In this document: positions 38,865-47,190 of the stretch, one piece after another
Layout: every line of letters begins with the position of its first letter
How positions within the stretch are numbered: position 1 is the first letter of the stretch
Source: an uncultured Clostridia bacterium
Lineage (GTDB): Bacteria; Bacillota; Clostridia; Christensenellales; DTU072
DNA: 64,000 bases
Direction: 5' to 3'
Assembly (NCBI GenBank): GCA_944349655.1
Contig: CALVNL010000001.1
Location: forward strand, 119,795-183,794
Program-made: the position numbers and the translations under genes
Notes under the pieces: model-generated
Seen by the model: the letters and a program-made list of their open reading frames with translations, nothing else
Told to the model about the DNA's origin: nothing
Database searches by the model: none

Positions 38865-39230
38865 TTACAGCTTACGGACCGAAACGATTTCGGGATTATC
38901 GTGTTTTTTACCGTCGTTAGCGTTTTCACGAAGATATATTTCCACTGCGGAACGAATCGCAAGCATTTTTTCGGCGGAAATATCGGTTTCGGACTTTTCA
39001 GCTTCGGGAATCTTCTCTTCCGTCAAAGAAGCGGCCGCGGATGCTTTTTTAGCTTTAGATGAAGCTTTACTTTTATCCAACCATTGTGTAAGATACTTCA
39101 GTATCAAATTTATAAACATTATCAAAACAATTAAAAGAGCCAGTACGACAAAAGTCATGCCCAGCCCTAACAAAGTGGTGATACCGCCAACGGAAAACAT
39201 TTCTCCTACGGTCAATGCGCTTAAAGTCAT
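38865..39230 (-). CDS. oadG: OadG-family decarboxylase gamma subunit (single-TM anchor)
   Basis: 121 aa; N-terminal TM helix GLGMTFVVLALLIVLIMFINLI; first gene of the decarboxylase cluster. Confidence 0.7.
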   Translation of the reverse strand: MTLSALTVGEMFSVGGITTLLGLGMTFVVLALLIVLIMFINLILKYLTQWLDKSKASSKAKKASAAASLTEEKIPEAEKSETDISAEKMLAIRSAVEIYLRENANDGKKHDNPEIVSVRKL

Positions 39231-39373
39231 TTATATACCTCCGAAAACAGTCGGCTTAAAATAAGCCAACTTATCACGTATACCATTATATAAAAAAAAT
39301 CATCTGAACGCAAGGCAATAAACGAAATTGCCTTACAAAAAATAAAACAAAAGATAATCGGAAAAATTTAATA

Positions 39374-40084
39374 TTAAAGTCTCTTGAGGAAAGATACTTC
39401 TTTATCCGTAAGATAACGATATGCGCCTCTGCTCAGTCCGCCTAAGCGGATTTCTCCTATCTTGATGCGTTTAAGAAACTCTACTTCTTTTCCCACAAAT
39501 TCGAACATACGATGTATCTGACGGTTTTTACCTTCATAAATAGTTACTTCGTAGCGAGCAACGTCGTCTTTTTGATCGAGGAATTTAACTTTACATCTGC
39601 GGAGTTTAACACCGTCGAGAGTAACGCCGTTTCTTAATGCCGCAAGATCGCTTTCCTGCAATAATCCTTTAACCTTTGCGATATAAGTTTTAGGAATTTC
39701 GGTTGAGGGATGAGTAAGTTTGTTAGCCACGTCCCCGTCGTTTGTCAAAAGAAGCAATCCTTCGGTGTCGTAATCCAATCTTCCTACGGGGAAAAGTCTG
39801 GTATCCGAAAAATCGGAAAGGTAGTCCATTACCGTTTTACGCCCCTTGTCGTCTTTCAAAGTACAAACGCATCCTTTAGGTTTATGCATCATTATATATA
39901 TGGTTCTTTTTACCGGGACTATTTTATTACCCGACACCGTAACCGTATCGTTATATTCGTCCACTTCGAAAGAAAGCGCGGTAACGGTTTTGCCGTTAAC
40001 TTTAACCAGACCTTGATTTATGTATTCTTCCGCTTTCCGGCGGGAACAAATTCCGCCGGAAGCAATATATTTATTGATACGCAT
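39374..40084 (-). CDS. rluB: pseudouridine synthase, RsuA/RluB family
   Basis: 236 aa; S4 domain (MRINKYIASGGICSRRKAEE), catalytic GRLDYDTEGLLLLTNDG. Confidence 0.9.
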   Translation of the reverse strand: MRINKYIASGGICSRRKAEEYINQGLVKVNGKTVTALSFEVDEYNDTVTVSGNKIVPVKRTIYIMMHKPKGCVCTLKDDKGRKTVMDYLSDFSDTRLFPVGRLDYDTEGLLLLTNDGDVANKLTHPSTEIPKTYIAKVKGLLQESDLAALRNGVTLDGVKLRRCKVKFLDQKDDVARYEVTIYEGKNRQIHRMFEFVGKEVEFLKRIKIGEIRLGGLSRGAYRYLTDKEVSFLKRL

Positions 40085-40157
40085 AAATTATACCCTCACA
40101 TTTTTTTTAATAATAACCTTAAAACGTTAAATAATCAAGTAAAACGTGTCGACAAAA

Positions 40158-40997
40158 CTAATTTATGGATTCGAAAGCTTTATCCATAAGCCTACAGCAA
40201 TCGTTGAACATATCGTATCTGTTGAGTACCACGCTTACCACGGTAACGCCGTTTCGTGTCGCGCTTGCTATAAGACATCTTCCGCTGTCGGTGGTAAAGC
40301 CGGTTTTTATTCCGTTACCACCCTCGTAAAGGGATAAGATTTTATTTTTATTTGTCCAATATTTTTTATTTTCGCCGTTTCCTACCGTAATAAATTTAGT
40401 GGAAACGATTTGTCTGAAGGTTTCGTTTTGCATGGCTTCAGAACCTATGAAAGCGAGATCGTAAGCGGAAGTATAATGATTTTTATCCTGCAAACCGTGC
40501 GGATTGACAAAGTGCGTATTGGTCAAACCCATACTTTCCGCTCGTAAATTCATCATTTCCGCAAAATTTTCCACGCTTCCGGCAACGTGTATAGCCAAAG
40601 CAACGGCAGCGTCGTTACCGCTCCGCAACATTAAACCGTACAGCAATTCTCGGACCGTATATTTATCGCCTTTTCTTAAATAAATCGAACTACCCTCTAC
40701 GCCTACGGCTTCGTCAGGCACGGAAACGATTTCGTCTAGGTTACAGTTTTCAACCGTTACCAAGGCGGTCATGGTTTTAGTCGTACTTGCCATAGGTAAA
40801 CGTAAATCCTTGTTGCTTTCCGCAAAAACTTCTTTGGTATCGGCACGCATTACTATATAGGAAGAACCTTGTTCCGCATAAGCTTTTTCATTATAAAAGG
40901 CAGGCATTTCCGCAAAAAGAAAAGCAGCGAGGACTACAAAACACAGAAGTCCTATTTCGATAAAAAATCCAATACGGTTTCGGCGTACTTTTCCCAT
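40158..40997 (-). CDS. D-alanyl-D-alanine carboxypeptidase (S11, low-molecular-weight PBP)
   Basis: 279 aa; N-terminal TM/signal, SxxK (MASTTK), SGN, KTG motifs; start overlaps ytfJ and is uncertain. Confidence 0.88.
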   Translation of the reverse strand: MGKVRRNRIGFFIEIGLLCFVVLAAFLFAEMPAFYNEKAYAEQGSSYIVMRADTKEVFAESNKDLRLPMASTTKTMTALVTVENCNLDEIVSVPDEAVGVEGSSIYLRKGDKYTVRELLYGLMLRSGNDAAVALAIHVAGSVENFAEMMNLRAESMGLTNTHFVNPHGLQDKNHYTSAYDLAFIGSEAMQNETFRQIVSTKFITVGNGENKKYWTNKNKILSLYEGGNGIKTGFTTDSGRCLIASATRNGVTVVSVVLNRYDMFNDCCRLMDKAFESIN

Positions 40998-41290
40998 CTG
41001 TTATCCCCTCCCTCTATATTGACAAACTTGACCTTTTCCCCGTTTATTACCAGAAAACCTAAAGGCTGAATATTTGCGCCGCCGCCAAGCCCTCCGACAG
41101 GCAATTCCTTGTCCTTTTTTGATTTAGCGTCCAGCTCTCCTCCGATTCCGGCGAATCCGATAGTCATACGCGATACAGGTACGACGGTCAAGTCGTATTC
41201 GTTTACTACGGGAGTACCTATAATGCAATCCGAATCCAACGCGGATTTTACGTCGGACACAGCCTTATGCAATAATTCCGTTATCTCCAT
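40952..41290 (-). CDS. ytfJ: GerW/YtfJ family sporulation protein
   Basis: 112 aa; Gly-rich LGGGANIQPLGFLVINGEKVKFV segment typical of YtfJ. Confidence 0.85.
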   Translation of the reverse strand: MEITELLHKAVSDVKSALDSDCIIGTPVVNEYDLTVVPVSRMTIGFAGIGGELDAKSKKDKELPVGGLGGGANIQPLGFLVINGEKVKFVNIEGGDNRWEKYAETVLDFLSK

Positions 41291-41771
41291 TTCTCCTCCT
41301 GAATTCCAATTTTATTATTTGAAAAAGGAAAGAAAATATTATAAAAAGATTAAACTTGACGGTAAATTTTACTTGAAAATACAATTCGTCCCCTTTCGAA
41401 ATCACAAAAAAACTATCATTCCCGATATAACGTTTTGAAAGTATTTTATTAAAATATTCCGAGAAAAATTCTAAAAAGAAAAACATTAGAAAAGGAAATT
41501 TATCAGAAATAAGAATTTCCACTTTTAATACGTCAAAAATCGGTTTGGGAATATTTTTGATTTTATTTATAATGTCTTTTTTTAAGCCGAAATTAACATT
41601 TTTATTTTTATTTATTGATTTGTTGTTTTCGTTATTTTGCGACTTAAATAGCGTATTAAAAGATAAAAATAAACCTGGTCGTTTTTCTTCGCTAAAAACG
41701 ACGATTTCCATATTAAAAGGACATAACAATACAATTATTATTGCAAGATAGGATATAAATAAGAATACCAC
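41265..41771 (-). CDS. hypothetical membrane-anchored protein, YtfI-like (DUF2953) by position
   Basis: 168 aa; N-terminal TM, Asn/Lys-rich; lies immediately upstream of ytfJ and overlaps it, as ytfI does in Bacillus. Confidence 0.45.
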   Translation of the reverse strand: MVFLFISYLAIIIVLLCPFNMEIVVFSEEKRPGLFLSFNTLFKSQNNENNKSINKNKNVNFGLKKDIINKIKNIPKPIFDVLKVEILISDKFPFLMFFFLEFFSEYFNKILSKRYIGNDSFFVISKGDELYFQVKFTVKFNLFIIFSFLFQIIKLEFRRRNGDNGIIA

Positions 41772-41803
41772 ATAAATAGTATGGGTTATTTTAGAATAAT
41801 TTT

Positions 41804-42499
41804 TCAGTCGATAACAACTATATCTTCGTCTTTTAAGAAGTCCGGAGTTTCGTCGTCCATTTCATCAAAATATGCGTCGTTGCTTTCTTCCTTTATTACA
41901 CTTGCCGCGACATCGGCACCTATATTCTCATCCTCAATACGATATAGGTTTTCGGTATTTTTATTATATTTATCAGAGTTTTTCACATACTCCATAAGTT
42001 TATCGTAATCAGGTAATTCGCCAAGGTTATGTAACTGAAATCTTTTAAGAAAATTATCGTTAGTAGCAAAAAGGGCAGGTCTTCCTATCGTATCCTTTCT
42101 CCCTACGATCTCAATAAGTTCAGCACGCATCAACACGCTTATAGCATAGTCGCTACTGACGCCCCCTCTCACTTCCTCTATTTCCGCACGAGTAACGGGT
42201 TGACGATAAGCGATAATGGCTAAAGTCTGTAAAACGGTAGAGGTAAGTTGTTTTTCTTTAATCGGACGCAATATGTCGGCAAGTTTATCTCCGAATTCGG
42301 GATTTGTTTCGAATTGATACTTTTCGTTGAATTGTATCAACCTTATTCCCTTATCGCCCGAATATTCGTTCTGCAAAGATTTTAATGCCGATTTTATTTC
42401 CTTTTCGGTGTATTCGTCCTTGAAAGCGTCCTTAATTATCTGATAAGAAACGCCTTTTGCCGCCGCAAATATTAAAGCCTCAATCATACTCTTCAACAT
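41804..42499 (-). CDS. scpB: segregation and condensation protein B
   Basis: 231 aa; EALIFAA..., [23 protein letters not shown]-type winged helix; acidic tail. Confidence 0.92.
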   Translation of the reverse strand: [231 protein letters not shown]

Positions 42500-43286
42500 T
42501 TTCCAATATCTCCTCTTCTTTTGCCATCAGCATTTCGTCGTTGGGGTTATGTTCCAGAATTATATCGCCCGTTTCATCCTGACGGGCTAAAGCTATTTGT
42601 ATTTTAACCAATTCCAGAATAGCCAGAAATACGTTAATAATTTCTATTTTTGTAAACGTATTATCGAAAAGCGAGAAAAAATTTAATGTTTTTTCCGTTC
42701 TCAACGCCGCCGCAAGCTCTTTGACCTTATCCGCTACGGTAAATTTTTCTTTGGTTATGGTTTTAGGTACGTTATCGGTACTGTGGTATTCGATTTTTTC
42801 CAACAACAGCTTATAAGCGTCCAGCAACTTATCCAAAGTCAAATTCTTGGCAATAAGCTTGTAATCTTTTTCGTCGTATTGAGGTTCGTTAAAAAATACG
42901 TTCACTACTTCCAAAGGTTTAAGTTTTTCGGGGAAAGAAAGCAAAAGTCTTTTTTCAACATCGGAAATTATTTGCATTTCCATTTCCGAAAGCTCTTCCT
43001 GATAATCGTCGTAGAACTCTTCCTGCGGAAGCACTTTGGAGGATTTTATCTCTATCAGCGTGGCCGCCATAATTATATATTGCGAAACGTATTCGTAGTC
43101 GAGTTCTTTCAGCGTCTTGACGTATTCGACGTATTGTCTGGTAATATCGCTGACAAAAATATCCATAACGTTTATTTTGGACTCTCTTACCATATTTACC
43201 AACAAATCGATAGGCCCGTCGAAAGCCTGATTTTCGATGTGAAACTTAACGTCTTCGGTTGTACTGTCCAAAAAATTATGCGTCAC
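42480..43286 (-). CDS. scpA: segregation and condensation protein A
   Basis: 268 aa; FDGPIDLLVNMV kleisin N-terminus, C-terminal winged helix (FLAILELVK). Confidence 0.92.
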   Translation of the reverse strand: MTHNFLDSTTEDVKFHIENQAFDGPIDLLVNMVRESKINVMDIFVSDITRQYVEYVKTLKELDYEYVSQYIIMAATLIEIKSSKVLPQEEFYDDYQEELSEMEMQIISDVEKRLLLSFPEKLKPLEVVNVFFNEPQYDEKDYKLIAKNLTLDKLLDAYKLLLEKIEYHSTDNVPKTITKEKFTVADKVKELAAALRTEKTLNFFSLFDNTFTKIEIINVFLAILELVKIQIALARQDETGDIILEHNPNDEMLMAKEEEILENVEEYD

Positions 43287-43990
43287 GATACCACCAACCC
43301 TATCAATTTCGTTATTAACGAATTAACCAACGAGAAAATATCGAGATAATCGAGATTGACCGCTCTCAAAACGTTTCCCAATAAAACCAACGCAAGAATG
43401 CAATATCCTCCGTAACGATACATAAACCTCGAATAAGCGTTACCGGGTTTAAGGAAAACGTCCAGAAGACGGAAGCCGTCCAAAGGATATATCGGCAAAA
43501 GGTTAAAAAACGCCAACATAAAATTGATATTTATAAACAACAGCAAGAAATAATATCCGAACAACTGAAATACGTAAGCCGTAGGGTTAACGTAAACGAT
43601 AAATAAAGGATACAAGAGATATAACAAAAGCAATCCTATCCCGCACATAATGATGTTGGAAATCACCCCTGCCGATGAAACTAAAAGCATTCCTTTTTTA
43701 TAGTTTTTGAAGTTATTAGGATTTACGGGTACGGGTTTTGCCCAGCCGAAACCCACCAAAACAATTAAGATAAGGCCCACCAAATCGAAGTGAACCACAG
43801 GATTAAGGGTTAGTCTGTTTGCCATTTTTGCCGTCGGGTCACCGCACTTCAAAGCGACGAATCCGTGAGCTATTTCGTGCACGATGATAGCTATTCCCGC
43901 AGCAAGAACCAGAGAAAGCAAACAAATCAGTATTTCGGGGACAGACGCCCCGTTCCTGAGAAGACTGTAAACAAACATAAAAAACCTCAA
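43283..43990 (-). CDS. site-2 protease family (M50) membrane metalloprotease
   Basis: 235 aa; HEIAHG zinc motif in a TM helix, NLLPIYPLDG second motif. Confidence 0.85.
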   Translation of the reverse strand: MRFFMFVYSLLRNGASVPEILICLLSLVLAAGIAIIVHEIAHGFVALKCGDPTAKMANRLTLNPVVHFDLVGLILIVLVGFGWAKPVPVNPNNFKNYKKGMLLVSSAGVISNIIMCGIGLLLLYLLYPLFIVYVNPTAYVFQLFGYYFLLLFININFMLAFFNLLPIYPLDGFRLLDVFLKPGNAYSRFMYRYGGYCILALVLLGNVLRAVNLDYLDIFSLVNSLITKLIGLVVS

Positions 43991-44087
43991 GCATTATAAT
44001 ATCAATTTTTATTTTATAAGTCAAATAATATACTTTTAAGATATATACATTTATATATTCTTAAAGCTCTTTCTCCCTCTTAAAATT

Positions 44088-44125
44088 TATAAAAATAAAA
44101 CCGGACCGAAAATCAGTCCGGTTTT
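44088..44125 (-). terminator. rho-independent terminator after the dac gene
   Basis: AAAACCGGAC (44097-44106) / GTCCGGTTTT (44116-44125) stem; T-rich tract follows on the minus strand. Confidence 0.7.
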
Positions 44126-44145
44126 GCAAGGAAACGTTAATATTT

Positions 44146-45327
44146 TCAGAAAAGCCAATTTTTTAATACTTTTTCCAAAGCGTCTTTGTAATTGAGTTTT
44201 TCAATATCGCGGACGGAAAAAATATTGGCTTCGCTTACGACTTCGCCGTTCTTGATAATTTTAACCCTGCCCAGAGGCGTTTCCTTGGATATGGGGGCTT
44301 TGAGATTTTCCTCCAGTTCGATTACTACCTCGTAGTCGTTCTGAACGTTTTTCCTTGAGAAAAACTTTAAGTCTCGATCGACGTATAATTCAAAGCTGTC
44401 TTCTTTTGCTTTATCTACCTGTAAATCGTTGGCTATCGCTTCACCTTTGGAAATTATAGTTTTTACCTCATAATTCGCGAAAGCATAATTAAACAGATCG
44501 GTAACTTCCTTGAATCTCGCTTTGCTGTTTTCGGCGCCGAGAACCACAGAAACCACTCTTAAACCGTTATTCATTGCGCTTGCCGCAAGACAGTGTCCGG
44601 CTTCATCGGTATAACCGGTTTTCCCTGCGTCGCAATTCTTATAGAAACGGATAAGTTTGTTGGTGTTTACGAGTTCGGTAACTCTTCCGTCGGGATGTTT
44701 ATATTCTTCCATCCAGATTTTAGAGTAATCGTAATAATGACTTTTGGAAAGCAATTTCGAAAACATTATCGAAACGTCTCTCGCCGTGGAATATTGTTCG
44801 CCCGAATTCGGCAGACCCGTAGCGTTGCAAAAAACGGTATTATTCATACCCAAGTTTTTCGCATATTCGTTCATCTTATCGACAAAACTGTGAATATCCC
44901 CCGAAATTCTTTCACCGAGAGCCGTTGCCGCGTCGTTAGCACTGCAAACGGTTACGCCTTTAATAAGGTCGCTGACGGTATAACTTTCGCCTTCATCCAG
45001 AAACATTTGCGAACCGCCCATTCCTGCTGCGTATTCGCTGACAGTAATTTTCTCCTCGAAACTAAGCCTTCCGGCGTCGATTTCGTCAAAAGTTATGAGT
45101 AAGGTCATAATTTTTACCATACTCGCTATGGGACGTTTTTCATCGGAATTTTTATCGACGATAACGGTCCCGGTATCGTAATCGAGCAATAAGGCCGATT
45201 GGGAAGTATAAGCGTCGAGATTAAAAAATTCGTCCTTACCTTGCGCGGCAAAAACCGATGTGCTTATCGGTACGGAAAGCAAAGCCACCACGGCAATTAT
45301 ACTTAATATCAGAATAATTTTCTTCAT
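44146..45327 (-). CDS. D-alanyl-D-alanine carboxypeptidase (S11, DacA/DacF type with C-terminal beta domain)
   Basis: 393 aa; signal peptide, SxxK (ASMVKIMT), SAND, KTGYT motifs. Confidence 0.9.
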   Translation of the reverse strand: MKKIILILSIIAVVALLSVPISTSVFAAQGKDEFFNLDAYTSQSALLLDYDTGTVIVDKNSDEKRPIASMVKIMTLLITFDEIDAGRLSFEEKITVSEYAAGMGGSQMFLDEGESYTVSDLIKGVTVCSANDAATALGERISGDIHSFVDKMNEYAKNLGMNNTVFCNATGLPNSGEQYSTARDVSIMFSKLLSKSHYYDYSKIWMEEYKHPDGRVTELVNTNKLIRFYKNCDAGKTGYTDEAGHCLAASAMNNGLRVVSVVLGAENSKARFKEVTDLFNYAFANYEVKTIISKGEAIANDLQVDKAKEDSFELYVDRDLKFFSRKNVQNDYEVVIELEENLKAPISKETPLGRVKIIKNGEVVSEANIFSVRDIEKLNYKDALEKVLKNWLF

Positions 45328-45376
45328 ACTAACTGTCTCCTTTGTCGTTAGTTTTTGAAAAATTATTCCTTTTATA

Positions 45377-45979
45377 CTAAAAAATCAGAACAAAAATTAT
45401 AATCGTCGCAATCGTAAAAGCCAAATTCCAGCAAAGACACCGCAAGTAATATTTTTTGAGATTATTCAAAAGAAATGCGCCGTTACATTTCAAAGGAGTA
45501 ACATATTTCCAGGAACAAAAGTTCACGGTGTTATCCAAAAGAGTAAGAAAATAAATCAGATATATAACGGCATTTATTATAAAAAGCGGAATATAAAGGA
45601 ATATAAGCCCTATTATTCCTCCCAGATCGAAACACAATGCCCTGAAAACGGTTTTCCAGAAAAACGTTGAAATTATATAAATTAAAGGATAATTCAATAA
45701 AAATACCAGCGAATTAAAGGTAAGCAAAGCCGCAAGACATAAAAAAATCCCTGGAACAATCATTACTTTAAGAAAGAAAAAGAAATAATTGAAACTTCCG
45801 TCGGAAATTTTTGAAGCCAAGGAAGGCGTTTCTCCGAACTCGTCCACCGAAGCCACGGCAGAAAGCAATCCGGCAAAAACGGCTACGGTAAAAATTACGG
45901 AAAAAAGTTTATTTTTCAGAAAAAGTCTTCTGAAAGAAAGCAAACGGTTTTTAACCCAAAAAGAAAGACGACCGAACAT
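45377..45979 (-). CDS. polytopic membrane protein, function unknown (weak SpoIIM-like resemblance)
   Basis: 200 aa, about 5 TM helices; architecture and a KISDGS segment after TM1 recall B. subtilis SpoIIM (recalled from memory, not aligned). Confidence 0.4.
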   Translation of the reverse strand: MFGRLSFWVKNRLLSFRRLFLKNKLFSVIFTVAVFAGLLSAVASVDEFGETPSLASKISDGSFNYFFFFLKVMIVPGIFLCLAALLTFNSLVFLLNYPLIYIISTFFWKTVFRALCFDLGGIIGLIFLYIPLFIINAVIYLIYFLTLLDNTVNFCSWKYVTPLKCNGAFLLNNLKKYYLRCLCWNLAFTIATIIIFVLIF

Positions 45980-46032
45980 AGTATAAAATATGCCATATTC
46001 AGTCGAATATTCGTTTATAAGAATTTATTTTG

Positions 46033-47055
46033 TCAATAAGTCATCCATTCGGCATAAATGCCGTACCCTTTGGTGGAATCGGAATTGAAAACGTGAGTAA
46101 CCGCACCTACTAGTTTGCCGTCCTGTACGATGGGAGAGCCGCTCATGCCCTGCAAAATACCGCCTGTCTCCTGCTTCAACTCCTTATCTACTACGCGTAT
46201 TACCATACTTTTTTCCGCAGGAACGTCTTGTTTGAAAGTTTTAACGATATCGATCTCGTAGTACTTCGGAGTTTTTCCCGAAATTGTGGTATAAATATAT
46301 GCTTTCCCGGGTTTAACATCGGTAGCTTTACCGACCTCGATTTCCTCCAGTCCTTCGGTATTGCCGAGATATTTTCCGTATAATCCCTTAAAGGAGTTTA
46401 CATCGATTTCACCTATAACGCTTTTGAAATCCACATTACCCCTTAAAGCACCGGGACCTTCTTCGTCGGCCACCTTAAATCCGATTATTTCGCAGGAAAA
46501 AATATTACCTTTGTTGTAAATTGAATTATTCCCGAACTCATCGCTTATCATATGCCCGAGAGCTGCGTAACGACCGTTTTTACCTATGAAAGTCATCGTT
46601 CCGATTCCGCTTAATACATTTTTAATTTGCAATCCGAGTTTTTTTCTGTTCTGTGTAACGTCCAAAACGGGAACGATCGTATAATCGGACACGGTGTCGC
46701 CTCTTCGTACCGTAACGACAACTTTTTCCGAAGAAGATACTATATCGTTAAAAGTATTTATATCTGTAATTTTTTCTCCGTTAACAAACAGGATAATATC
46801 GCCTTTGGACAGTCCTGCTTTAAGCGCAGGAGAAAAACTGCCTTCGGTTGTTGTGACGTTAATTATTTCACTTACGATAAAGTTATCGCTGTATGAGGCT
46901 ATCCCTACCGGAAAACCGCCGAGATAAACTATGTTTCCCTCTTCTGCGGCAATCGCAGAAAAATTTGAAATATTAAAAATACTTGCTGAAACAATTATTA
47001 TAAATAACGTTAACAACAAGCATAAAGTAATTCTTTTACTAATCTTAAAATGCAT
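46033..47055 (-). CDS. spoIVB: SpoIVB peptidase (S55) sporulation signalling protease
   Basis: Start moved to the ATG at 47055 (MHFKISKR) behind an AAAGGGG SD; TM, PDZ (GDIILFVNGEKI), S55 domain (GIGTMTFI...ALGH, GMSGSPIV). Confidence 0.92.
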   Translation of the reverse strand: MHFKISKRITLCLLLTLFIIIVSASIFNISNFSAIAAEEGNIVYLGGFPVGIASYSDNFIVSEIINVTTTEGSFSPALKAGLSKGDIILFVNGEKITDINTFNDIVSSSEKVVVTVRRGDTVSDYTIVPVLDVTQNRKKLGLQIKNVLSGIGTMTFIGKNGRYAALGHMISDEFGNNSIYNKGNIFSCEIIGFKVADEEGPGALRGNVDFKSVIGEIDVNSFKGLYGKYLGNTEGLEEIEVGKATDVKPGKAYIYTTISGKTPKYYEIDIVKTFKQDVPAEKSMVIRVVDKELKQETGGILQGMSGSPIVQDGKLVGAVTHVFNSDSTKGYGIYAEWMTY

Positions 47056-47190
47056 AATTTTAACCCCTTTATCCGTCCTTTTTAGTAATGTGTTTTTGAC
47101 GGACAAATATACTCTCAGATTATTCCAGTAACTGGAAAAGAGGGAATAAGAGTTCTAAATTAAGCTATAAAATAAAGATAATTCCAAAAT

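Noticed and set aside
39312-39334. 8-bp hairpin AAGGCAAT/ATTGCCTT downstream of rluB as its terminator
   Set aside because: On the minus strand the T-run begins about 12 nt after the stem rather than immediately. It may still attenuate transcription, but it is not a canonical intrinsic terminator, so I left it uncalled.
42783-45102. Antisense ORFs of 169-188 aa (42783-43349, 44593-45102); likewise 52819-53460 and 25001-25543
   Set aside because: Each lies opposite a gene with clear family motifs (scpA, dac, xseA, the PadR-like linker). None has an SD or a recognisable domain.
47056-47190. Sigma-F/G type promoter upstream of spoIVB, and similarly upstream of spoVAC (63553-63620)
   Set aside because: I found GAATA/GTATA-like -35 elements, but no properly spaced CATnnTA -10. 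The matches are too weak to report by eye.
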